Under the pieces are notes generated by a model. It was given only the letters and a program-made list of their open reading frames with translations. It made no database searches and had not been told where the DNA came from. Positions 29,581-40,601 of a DNA stretch of 64,000 nt are shown in pieces. Every line of letters starts with the position of its first letter. Position 1 is the stretch's first letter. Source of the stretch: the human T2T-CHM13v2.0 reference genome, Homo sapiens; the NCBI RefSeq assembly GCF_009914755.1, contig NC_060927.1, one strand, 5' to 3'. The position numbers and the translations under genes are program-made.

Positions 29581-30564
29581 TGAGAGGTGACAGCGTGCTG
29601 TCAGTCCTCACAGCCCTCGCTCGCTCTCTGCTCCTCCTCTGCCCGGGCTCCCACTTTGGCAGCACTTGTGGAGCCCTTCAGCCCATGCTGCACTGTGGGA
29701 GCCCCTTTCTGGGCTGGCCAAGGCCGGAGCCGGCTCCCTCTGCTTGCAGGGAGGTGTGGAGGGAGAGGCGCGAGCTGGAACCCCGGCTGCGCCCGGCGCT
29801 TGCGGGCCAGCTGGAGTTCCGGGTGGGCGTGGGCTTGGCGGACCCCGCACTCGGAGCAGCCGGCCGGCCCTGCCAGCCCCGGGAAATGAGGGGCTTAGCA
29901 CCCCGGCCGGCAGTTGCGGAGGGTGTACTGGGTCCCCCAGCAGTGCCAGCCCACCGGCGCTGCGCTCGATTTCTCGCCGGGCCTTAGCTGCCTTCCCGCG
30001 GGGCAGGTCTCTGGACCTGCAGCCCGCCATGCCTGAGCCTCCCACCCCCTCCGTGGGCTCCTGTGCGTCCCGAGCCTCCCCGATGAGCGCCGCCCCCTGC
30101 TCCAAGGTGCCCCAGTCCCATCTTTTTGCTTTTATGAGCTGTAACACCGCGAAGGTCTGCAGCTTCACTGCTGAAGCCAGCGAGACCACGAGCCCACCGG
30201 GAGGAACGAACAACTCCAGACGCGCCACCTTAAGAGCTGTAACACTCACTCGAAGGTCTGCAACACTCACTCGAAGGTCTGCAGCTTCACTCCCGAAGCC
30301 AGCGAGACCACGAGCCCACCGGGAGGAAGGAACAACTCCAGACGCGCCGCCTTAAGAGCTGTAACACTCACTGCGAAGGTCTGCAGCTTCACTCCTGAGC
30401 CAGCGAGACCACGAACCCACCAGAAAGAAACTCAGAACACATCCGAACATCAGAAGAAACAAACTCCAGACGCACCACCTTAAGAGCTGTAACACTCACC
30501 CGTGAGTGTCCCAGGCTTCATTCTTGAAGTCAGTGAGACCAAGAACCCACCAATTCCGGACACA
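29581..30564 (+). mobile_element. LTR12C (ERV9) solo LTR with internal deletion
   Basis: Starts TGAGAGGTGACAGCGTGCTG and ends CCAATTCCGGACACA; 4-bp TSD CAAG; U5 tandem repeats GAAGGTCTGCAGCTTCACT. Confidence 0.93.
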
Positions 30565-30982
30565 CAAGGGTTAATACAATAAAGATTTCTGAATGAGGTC
30601 TGTGGTTGCAGCAGCTGAGGTAGTGCTATAGCACTTATTTTTCAGTGACAATTGCCTGGAAGCTTCTGATGACTCTTACTTAGGGCTGCCCAGGGTTGGA
30701 ACTGCACTATTTCTCTTAACCTGACCTGCATCCTCTCCCACTTCCTGAGTTTCTGATCAAAGTCCATCTCTGATGTTTGTTCTGACTAGTAGAAACATCT
30801 CTTTTGGGCAGGCAGAAACTGAGACAGAGGTTTTTTGTTTGTCTGTTTTTGAAATAGGGGGTCTTTGCTGTAAGATTAATTCCTAATTTGACCTAGGAAA
30901 CCAGGCAGGGGCAGGGTGAGCAGGTAAAACGATAAAGATAGTAAGTAAAGATAACAAGGCTAAGTCAAATTTGTATACTTCC

Positions 30983-31355
30983 TGTGATGGTTAATACTGA
31001 GTGTCAACTTGATTGGATTGAAAGATACAGAATATTGATCTGGGTGTGTCTGTGAGGGTGTTGCCAAAGGAGATTAACATGTGAGTCAGTGGGCTGGGAA
31101 AGGCAGACCCACCCTTTATCTGAGTGGGCACAATCTAATCAGCTACCAGTGCAGCTAGAATATAAGCAGGCAGAAAAATGTGAAAAGAGAGACTGGCCTA
31201 GCCTCCCAGCCTACCTCTTTCTCTCATGCTGGATGCTTCCTGACCTTGAACATCAGACTCCAAGTTCTTCAGTTTTGGAACTTGGACTGGCTCTCCTTGC
31301 TCCTCAGCCTGCAGTTGGCCTGTTGTGGGACCTTGTGATCGTGTGAGTTAATAAT
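30983..31355 (+). mobile_element. MLT2A-type (HERV-L) LTR, 3'-truncated
   Basis: Starts TGTGATGGTTAATACTGAGTGTCAACTTGATTGGATTGAA. Confidence 0.85.
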
Positions 31356-31680
31356 AACCTTCCTTGTTTTAAAAGCACGTGGCAAATCAGCAGCACCTTA
31401 CATTCTCTGGTAGCACCTGAGAATGGTTGGGTTTGTAAAAGGTGAGTTAGAAGATGTCCCTCAATGAACGTTCTCAGACACAGTCCCCAGTGCTCACCAT
31501 AGATCCTCAACAGTTTGAAATCCATTGACCAGGACATAGCTTTGACTGATAAAAGGATATCCCAATTGGCCAGTAGCCAGTCTGGAGAAGAGTAGAGAAT
31601 AATTTAAAAAGGAAAGTGAAGAGAAATTCATTTCCTCTTCATAGCAACAACCAGTAAGACTTCAGTCTTGGGCTTATAGG

Positions 31681-32132
31681 TTTCATGCGCGTCCGTGTGA
31701 AGAGACCACCAAACAGGCTTTGTGTGAGCAACATGGCTGTTTATTTCACCTGGGTGCAGGCGGGCTGAGTCCGAAAAGAGAGTCAGCGAAGGGAGATAAG
31801 GGTGGGGCCGTTTTATAGGATTTGGGTAGGTAAAGGAAAATTACAGTCAAAGGGGGTTTGTTTTCTGGTGGGCATGAGTGGGGGTCGCAAGGTGCTCAGT
31901 GGGGGTGTTTTTGAGCCAGGATGAGCCAGGAAAAGGACTTTCACAAGGTAATGTCATCACTTAAGGCAAGGACCAGCCATTTACACTTCTTTTGTGGTGG
32001 AATGTCATCAGTTAAGGTGGGGCAGAGCATATTCACTTCTTTTGTGATTCTTCAGTTACTTCAGGCCATCTGGGCCTATACGTGCAAGTCACAGGGGATG
32101 CGATGGTTTGGCTTGGGCTCAGAGGCCTGACA
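31681..32132 (-). mobile_element. HERV-H 3' LTR (LTR7)
   Basis: TGTCAGGCCTCTGAGCCCAAG...GGACGCGCATGAAA on minus; TATA box at 31811-31817 and AATAAA at 31740-31745. Confidence 0.96.
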
Positions 32133-34666
32133 TTCCTGCCTTCTTATATTAATAAGAAAAATAATACAAAATAGTGTTGAAGTGTTGGGGCAGCGAAATT
32201 TTTTGGGGGGTGGTATGGAGAGAGAATGGGCGATGTTTCTCAGGGCTGCTTCGAGCGGGATTAGGGGTGGCGTGGGAACCTAGAGTGGGAGAGATTAAGC
32301 TGAAGGGAGGTCTTGTGGTAAGGGGTGGTATTGTGGGGATGTTAGAAGAAACATTTGTCATATAGAATGATTGGTGATGGCCTGGATACGGTTTTGGATG
32401 AATTGAGAAACTAAATGGAATAACAGAAGGAAAAAAGCAGGTATAAAAGGTCTAAGAATTGGGACGACTCAGGATATCTGATTAGAGAGTGCCTAAGGAG
32501 ATTCAGCATAGTCCTGCCAGCAAAGATTATTTATTTACTTCAAGAGTTAAGAGTGGCAGTTTGGGGATAGCACCAGGAGATATCAGCTGTGATGGCTTGG
32601 AAAAACAGTGTAAACCAGCAGTGTAAACAAGAGCAGGGCATGTATGAGTAGTTGAGAACGGTGAATAGGAGTATGACTAGACAGAAGATAGTAGGGATGA
32701 CAAGTTTTTTTGGGGCACAGTCTAAGTTGGTCTGGTGTCTGGAATGAGACTGGGGCCTAATAAAAAGGAGCATCTATACGGGAGCTTAAATGGGCTGTAC
32801 CTTGTAGCATTCCGAGGACAGGCCTGAATTCTGAGAAGGGAAAGTGGTAAAAGTATTGTCCAGTCCTTTTTAAGTTGGTGGCTGAGCTTGGTGATGTGTA
32901 TTTTTAAAAGACCTTTAGTCCGTTCTGCTTTTCTTGAAGACGGAGGACCGTAAGGGATATAAAGGTTTCACTGAATACTAACAGCCTGAAAACCTGCTTG
33001 GCTGATTTGACTAATAAAGGCTGGTCTGTTATCAGACTTTATAGAGGTGGGAAGGCTAAACTGAGGAATTATGTCTGACAGAAGGGAATAAATGACTGCG
33101 GTGGCCTTCTCAGACCCTGTAGGAAAGGCCTTTACTTATTCAGTGAAAGTGTTTATTTAGACTAAGAGGTATTTTAGTTTCCTGACTCGGGCATGTTGAG
33201 TAAAGCTAATTTGCCAGTCCTAGGTGGGGGCAAATCCTCGAGCTTGATGTGTAAGGAAGGGAGGGGGCTTGAGTAATCCCTGAGGATTAGTAGAACAGCA
33301 GGTGGAACACTGAGAAGTTATTTCCTTGAGGTTAGATTTCCATGATGGAAAGGAAATGAGAGGTTCTAAGAGGCGGGCTAGTGGCTTGTACTATAGCATA
33401 ACCTGCCTTTGCTGGTGTGTGGCGATTAGGCCTGGTGGAACCACCATCAATAAATCAAGCGTGATCAGGGTGAGGAACAGGAAAGAAGGAAATTTGGGGA
33501 AATGGGGTGAATGTCAGGTGGATCAGAGAGATACAGTCATGGGGGTCAGGTGTGGTATCAGGAATAATGTGGGAGGCCAGATTGAAGTCCGGGCCAGGAA
33601 CAATGTTAATTGTGGGAGACTCAACAAAGAGTGAGTGTAGCTGAAGGATCCGGGAAGCAGAAAGTATATGCGTCAGGTATGAGGAAGAAATTAGATTTTG
33701 GAAGTTATGAGAACTGTAGAGAGTGAGTTGAGCATAGTTTGTGATTTTGAGGGCCTCTAAAAGTATTAAAGCAGCGGCAGCCGCTGCACACAGACATGAG
33801 GCCTAGGCTAAAACAGTAAGGTCAAGTTGTTTGGACAGAAAGGCTACAGGGTGCGGTCCTGGCTCTTGTGTAAGAATTCTGACCACACTAACCATGGCTA
33901 GGAAGGAAAGGAGTTGTTTTGTAGAAGGTGCTGGGGTTTGAGAGATCAGTTGGACACGATTGGCAGGGAGAGCACGTGTGTTTTTATGAGAATTATGCCG
34001 AGATAGGTAACAGATGAGGAAGAAATTTGGGCTTGATTGAAGTAATGGGGGCTGACTGTGAAGCTTTGCGGCAGTACAGCCTAGGTAATTTGCTGAGCCT
34101 GATGGGTGTCAGGGTCAGTCCAAGTGAAAGCGAAGAGAGGCTGGGATTAAGGGTGCAAAGGAATAGTAAAGAAAGCATGTTTGAGATCTAGAACAGAATA
34201 ATGGGTTGTAGAGGCAGGTATTGAGGATAGGAGAGTATATGGGTTTGGCAGCATGGGGTGGATAGGCAAAACAATTTGGCTGATAAGGCGCAGATCCTGA
34301 ACTAACTTGTAAGGCTTGTCTGGTTTTAGGACAGGTAAAATGGGGGAATTGTAAGGAGAGTTTATAGGGTTTAAAAGGCCATGCTATAGCAGGTGAGTGA
34401 TAACAGGCTTTAATCTTTTTAAAGTGTGCTGCGGGATGGGATATTGGCATTGAGTGGGGTAAGGGTGATTAGGTTTTAATGAGATGGTAAGGGGTGCATG
34501 ATGGGTTGCCAAGGAGGGAGTAGAGATATCTTATACTTGTGGGTTAAGGTGGGGGGGATACAAGAGGAGGACGCAAAGGAGGCTTTGGATTGGGAAGAAG
34601 GGCAGCAATGAGATATAGCTGTAGTCCAGGAATAGTCAGGGAAGCAGATAATTTAGTTAAAGCGTC

Positions 34667-34891
34667 TCAGCCTAATAAGGGAACTGGGCAGGTGGGGATA
34701 ATTAAAAAGGAGTGCTTAAAAGAGTATTTTCTAAGTTGGCTCCAGAGTTGGGGAGTTTTAAGAGGTTTAGAAGCCTGGCCATCAATACCCACAACAGTTA
34801 TGGAGGCAAGAGAAACAGGCCCTTGTAAAGAAGGTAATGTGGAGTGGGTAGCCTCCGTATTGATTAAGAAGGGGACGGGCTTACCTTCCAC
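34667..34891 (-). pseudogene. HERV-H protease remnant
   Basis: FLINTEATHSTLP is a retroviral aspartyl protease motif with the catalytic DTG degenerated to NTE. Confidence 0.85.
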
Positions 34892-35071
34892 TGTGAGAGT
34901 TACCTGAAGCTCGGCGTCCGTGATGGTCTAGGGGTCTTCCAAGGCGATCGGGCAGTGTCAGTCTTCAGCCGCTAAGCCGAGAAGATCTGGGAAGGAGTCA
35001 GTCAGAGAGCCTTGGGCCAGAGTTCCAGGGGCTCTGGGAGTGGCTGCCAGGTGAGTTGAACAGTCCGATTT

Positions 35072-35377
35072 TCAGTGGGGTCCCACACAGATGGGACGTG
35101 GCTTAGGAGGAATCCCGGGCTGCGGGCATTCCTTGGCCCAGTGGCCAGATTTCCGGCACGTGTAGCAAGCTCCTGGGGGAGGAGGTTCTGGAGGAACGCC
35201 TGGCCACTGCGGTTCAGGCGTTTGGAAGTTCTTGTGTGCTGGAGATGTGGCTGGGGTTTGTCTCACAGTGGAGGCAAAGAATTGCAACTTTTTTCTATTA
35301 TTGTACGCCTTGAAGGTGAGGTTAATTAAATCCTGTTGTGGGGTTTGAGGGCCGGAATTTAATTTTTGGAGTTTCAT
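35072..35377 (-). pseudogene. HERV-H gag C-terminal (nucleocapsid) remnant
   Basis: CCHC zinc knuckle CYTCRKSGHWAKEC; upstream gag is frameshifted. Confidence 0.88.
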
Positions 35378-36894
35378 TTAATGTCGGGAGCAGATTGGGT
35401 AATACAATGTATATTGAGAATAAGACGGCCTTTTGCCTTTTAGGGTCTAGGGCTGTAAAGTGTCTCAGGGTTGCTGCCAAACAAGTCATGAACTGGGCTG
35501 GGTTTTTATATTTGATGAAAAAGAGCCTAAACGCTTCTGATTTGGGATAAAGAAAAAGGAGCATTAACCTTGACTATGCCTTTGGCTCCAGCCACCTTTT
35601 TAAGAGTAAATTGCTGGGCAGGTGGGGGAGGGCTAGTCACCGAACGAAACTGTAAGCCGGACCAGGTGTGAGGAGGGGAGGCGATAAAAAGATTATAGGG
35701 TGGAGGAGCAGAGGCTGAGGAAGAATTGGGACCTAGCTCGGCCTGGCGAGGAGGGGAGAGGTCAGATGGGTCTGTAGAAAAGGAAGATTAGAAAGACTCA
35801 GCAATGCTTGGGGTTGGGACTGAGGGGACAGGTGGGAGGGAAAGAAGGAAGATTTGGGACAAGTTGCACTGGGCACAGAGACTAGGAAGGGACTGATGTG
35901 TAAAAGAATGCCTGGATGTCAGGCACTTCAGACCATTTGCCCATTTTATGATAAGAATTATTTAGATCTTGTAGGATGGAAAAATTGAAAGTGCCGTTTT
36001 CCGGCTATTTGGAACTACTGTTGAGTTTGTATTGGGGTCAAGCGGCATTGCAGAAGAAAATAAGGCATTTAGGTTTTAGGTCAGGTGTGAGTTGAAGAGG
36101 TTTTAAGTTTTTGAAAACACAGGCCAAGGGAGTAGAAGGAGGAATGGAGGGTGGAAAGTTGCCCATAGTGAAGGAAGCAAGCCTAGAGAAAAGACAGAGT
36201 AGAGAAATGGAGGGAAGGGGTTTGGGGGTTCTTACCTTCCAGAAAAGTGGGAAAAGGGGTTGGGGCACAGAGATAAGAGGTTGGGGCATGGAAATAAGGG
36301 ATTGGGGGTTCTTGCCCTGTAGAAAAGCGGGACTTGCCACTAAGGGTGAAGGAGAAGGGGTTGAGGGGTACTTGCCCCTCTCCCAGAAAAGCAGAGAAGG
36401 GGTAGAGACAAGGAGAGAAGGGGTTGGGGTACTTGCCCCTTCCCCAGAAAAGCAGGACTTGCCGCTAAGGGTGAAGGACCAAGGCAGGCGTCCCTGCGTG
36501 GTCTGACACCTTTGAAACGTGGGTGAATAATCACAGAGGTGTCCCTGCAGTGATTAAACACCAAGGGAAGGCTGCCTTCCCAGTCCGTGACCGGCACCGG
36601 AGTTTTGGGTCCACGGATAAAACATGTCTCCTTTGTCTCTACCAGAAAATGAAAGGAATTGAAATTAAGAGAAGGGAGAGATTGAAGTGTAGTGCCAAGA
36701 TTGAAAGGAGAAAGAGGTTGAGGGATAGTGAGGGAGGTTGGAGAAGAGAGTAAAAAGAGGCCGCTTACTGGATTTGAAATTGGTGAGATGTTCCTTGGGC
36801 TGGTCGGTCTGAGGACCTGAGGTTATAGGTGGATCTTTCTCATGGAGCAAAGAACAGGAGGACAGGGGATTGATCTCCCAAGGGAGGTCCCCCG

Positions 36895-36912
36895 ATCCGA
36901 GTCATGGCACCA
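36895..36912 (-). other. Primer binding site, tRNA-His
   Basis: TGGTGCCATGACTCGGAT directly after the 5' LTR; one CpG transition from TGGTGCCGTGACTCGGAT. Confidence 0.92.
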
Positions 36913-36914
36913 AA

Positions 36915-37366
36915 TTTCATGCGCGTCTGTGTGAAGAGACCACCAAACAGGCTTTGTGTGAACAACATGGCTGTTTATTTCACCTGGGTGCAGGCGGGCT
37001 GAGTTCGAAAAGAGAGTCAGGGAAGGGATATAAGGGTGGGGCCATTTTATAGGATTTGGGTAGGTAAAGGAAAATTACAGTCAAAGAGGGTTTGTTCTCT
37101 GGTGGGCAGGAGTAGGGGTTGCAAGGTGCTCAGTGGGGGTGTTTTTGAGCCAGGATGAGCCAGGAAAAGGACTTTCACAAGGTAATGTCATCACTTAAGG
37201 CAAGGACCAGCCATTTACACTTCTTTTGTGGTGGAATGTCATCAGTTAAGGTGGGGCAGAGCATATTCACTTCTTTTGTGATTCTTCAGTTACTTCAGGC
37301 CATCTGGGCATATACGTGCAAGTCACAGGGGATGCAATGGCTTGGCTTGGGCTCAGAGGCCTGACA
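36915..37366 (-). mobile_element. HERV-H 5' LTR (LTR7), promoter facing left
   Basis: ~97% identical to the 3' LTR (14 substitutions by manual count) and adjacent to the PBS. Confidence 0.96.
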
Positions 37367-37850
37367 ATAGGCAACCATATTTTCCACGTTTGTGTAACAA
37401 TTTTCTTTTTAGCAGATGAGGGAGAGATACACTTTTTTCATAGATTTGGATTCAGGTATCTTCTACAGCTATGGTGAGGTTACAGTGATTGATGATAGAA
37501 AAGAATTTCAGGTGTAATGGGTTGGTGTATTTGGTTGAATTGAATACAACTTAATTCTATATTGACAAATATTTGCAAAACTCTTTCCTTTAGAATCACA
37601 GACCATTTTCTTTTGAGCTCTCACATGCTGTTTTAGGCATACTTTAAAATAGATGGATGTAAAGGGAGTATAAAATGGAAGTATAGTAGAAGTAATTTCT
37701 TCTGAGGCACTAATGATAGCAAACCTTCAAGGTGGTGGAGACTTTGTAACCCTGAAGCTTCTGTGGCTTAAAAGAAATAAAATCTCAGGCCATCTTTGAA
37801 AACTTAGAGACTTCAAGTAATTTTTTTGATAGATTGGTAATATAAGGTAT

Positions 37851-38326
37851 TATAGCAGGACGAGCTGCAGACAAGAAGCCCTCAGACACCGAATTGTAGA
37901 AGGAAAGGGCTTTATTCAGCTGGGAGCATCGGCGGACTCATGTCTCCAAATCCCTGCTCCCCGAGTGAGCAATTCCTCTTCCTTTTAAGGGATTACAACT
38001 CTAAGGGGGTCTGTGTGAGAGGGTCGTGATCAATTGAGCAAGCAGGGGGTACATGATTGGAGGCTGCATGCACCTGCACCGGTAATTAGAAGGGAACAGA
38101 ACAGGACAGGGATTTTCACAGTGCTTTTCCATACACTGTCTGTATGGATATGTATAGATAACATAACCGATTAGGTCAGGGGTCAGTCTTTAACTACTAG
38201 GCCCAGGGTGCGGCACCGGGCTGTCTTCCTGTGGGTTTCATTTCTGCCTTTTAGTTTTTCCTTCTTTTTTTCTTTGGAGGCAGAAATTGGGGCATAAGAC
38301 AATATGAGGGGTGGTCTCCTCCCTTA
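37851..38326 (-). mobile_element. LTR2-family (HERV-E/Harlequin) solo LTR
   Basis: Minus strand begins TAAGGGAGGAGACCACCCCTCATATTGTCTTATGCC; 4-bp TSD GTAT; AATAAA at 37911-37916. Confidence 0.85.
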
Positions 38327-38482
38327 GTATATAATAAAGACTGGCTGGCTTTTGTCCCCAGGTCTTGGGAGATAAGCTCTAATTCCCTGGAATTTTCCAA
38401 GTAAAAGTTCTTTTTTTCGTTATTCATGTTGAGCCTCTTGGACCACACCTAATAGTGCGTACCAATAAGATGACTCAGGGTG

Positions 38483-38790
<308 letters not shown>

Positions 38791-39394
38791 ATGACTCAGT
38801 GTGGGTCCCTAGATAGTTCATAATAACTTGATGACTCAGGACGGTGGCTGCACGTATTAGAAATACCACCCGTGTAATTCAGTATTGAAGCATTGAATCA
38901 CATGATATCAGCCTGACCTCTGGGCAGGGGAGGGGGTGTGGACATTCAATCAATCATGCCTAGGTAATGAAATCTAGAAACAAAAACAAAAAATCTAGAT
39001 GCCTGGTTGGTGATACTTTGTTTGTTGTCACATATCAATGTGTTAGAAGGTTAGTACTTCTTCAGTCCACAGGAAGAGGACAATAGAAACTCCCCCACAC
39101 TAGGGACTCTCTCAGACCTTACCCTGTGTCTCTCCCTTTGACCAGTTCTAATTTGTGTTCTTTGCTATAATAAGACTGAAATCGTAAGTATAATTCCCTG
39201 AGTTCTGTGAGTCATTCTAGCAAATTATTGAACCTAAAGGATAGTAAGAACCCTGGATTTGAAATGATCAGAAATGAGAGTGGTTTGAGAACCCTAATCT
39301 TGCAGCTGGTGTTTGAAGTGAAATAGTCTTTGAAGTGAGACTGTGTCTTTAACCTTGAGTTTGAAAAACTCATTGCAGAAGAACATTTTCAGAG

Positions 39395-39690
39395 TTTTTG
39401 TTTGTTTGTTTGCTTTTTTTTTTTTTTTTGAGACGGAGTCTCGCTCTGTCCCCTAGGCTGGAGTGCAGTGGCGCGATCTCCGCTCACTGCAAGCTCCGCC
39501 TCCAGGTTCAGGCCATTCTCCTGCCTCAGCCTCCCGAGTAGCTGGGACTACAGGCGCCCACCACCATGCCCAGCTAATTTTTTGTATTTTTAGTGGAGAC
39601 GGAATTTCACCGTGTTAGCCAGGATGATCTCGATCTCCTGACCTCGTGATCCGCCCGCCTCGGCCTCCCAAAGTGCTGGGATTACAGGCC
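39395..39690 (-). mobile_element. AluY, slightly 5'-truncated
   Basis: CACTGCAAGCTCCGCCTCC and CGTGTTAGCCAGGATG are Y diagnostics. Confidence 0.93.
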
Positions 39691-40595
39691 AGATTTTTTT
39701 TTTAATAAAATTCAAAATGTGGAGAGACTGGGACCGTAATCTGTTTCTTTGAGCCAGAGGGGTCTAGGAATTTTGGTTCTGTTTGATCCTTTTCCCATTA
39801 TTGAAGCCCATCATGAGTGCTCATTCCTCCATTCCATCCCCCAGCCGCCTAACTTGGGATTAATTCTCATGGAGGTGTTTCAAAGTCAATTTGACTCCTA
39901 AGAGTAGCACTTCAGACGCTCCCAGTCACTCCTGATGTATGATCTTTGGACTATAGATTGCTTATTTCTCATTTTCTTTCTATGTGTCCTGTGTAATGCA
40001 ATAGGGCTTCTATAGAGATTCAGGAAACATTTCGTGAAGATCATAGCTCTCAGCAGTAATAGAAAACAAACTGCATTTTTGTAAGTAGAAATAACAGGTG
40101 GCTGTAGAAGGTACCTTAGTTCCTTCTACTGCTATGAGGTAGCATCTCATTAAAACTAACCCTTAAAGATAACCACTACTATGGAGACTTTGAAGAAAGA
40201 GCATATTTTCTAATGTTTTTGGTATCATAACCCAAGGTTGCACTGAAGTCTAACAATCATAAGTGTCTTAATTATTTATAGCATTTCAGTGGTAATTTAT
40301 ACTTATTTCTTTCAGTCCCTTAAGGGAAAAAAAGAAAAAGAAAAAAAAAACACGTTTACAGAATCTCTTTGCTTAGGTGGAGAAAATTCTTGTAAATACC
40401 ACGTTCCTTTCTGTGACAGACGAGGCATTGTTAGAAGAGCTTCAAGTGATTTTTCAGTATTATTTCTGCCCTTCCCTTACATGATATTCATATCATTGGC
40501 TTCATTTTCTCTTTTATTCATGAAAACCTCCAAGAAGCAGTGCAGTCAACCACAAGATCACTGACAGGTCAATGAAGACACATCTCCTTTTCACG

Positions 40596-40601
40596 TTTAT
40601 T
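40596..40601 (-). terminator. LSAMP: Distal polyadenylation signal AATAAA
   Basis: TTTATT on plus; U-rich upstream and TGATCTTGTGGTTG downstream on minus. Confidence 0.7.

Larger units (their letters stand above)
31681..37366 (-). mobile_element. HERV-H provirus (common ~5.7 kb internally deleted type), both LTR7s present
   Basis: Two 452-bp LTRs, 5-bp TSD ATAGG, tRNA-His PBS, polypurine tract AAGAAGGCAGGAA, and gag/pro/pol remnants. Confidence 0.97.

Noticed and set aside
29526-30355. Longest ORFs in the window (153-229 aa, both strands)
   Set aside because: They lie entirely within the GC-rich LTR12C, where stop codons are scarce. There is no recognisable domain.
30140-30545. Regularly spaced repeats superficially like an array
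   Set aside because: These are the native U5 tandem repeats of LTR12 and have no unique spacers.
32133-34660. Functional HERV-H pol/env
   Set aside because: Only short broken frames remain, env is largely deleted and the protease active site is mutated.
31921-37364. Two near-identical 69-aa ORFs (MSQEKDFHK...)
   Set aside because: They are antisense readings of the two LTR7 copies, not duplicated genes.
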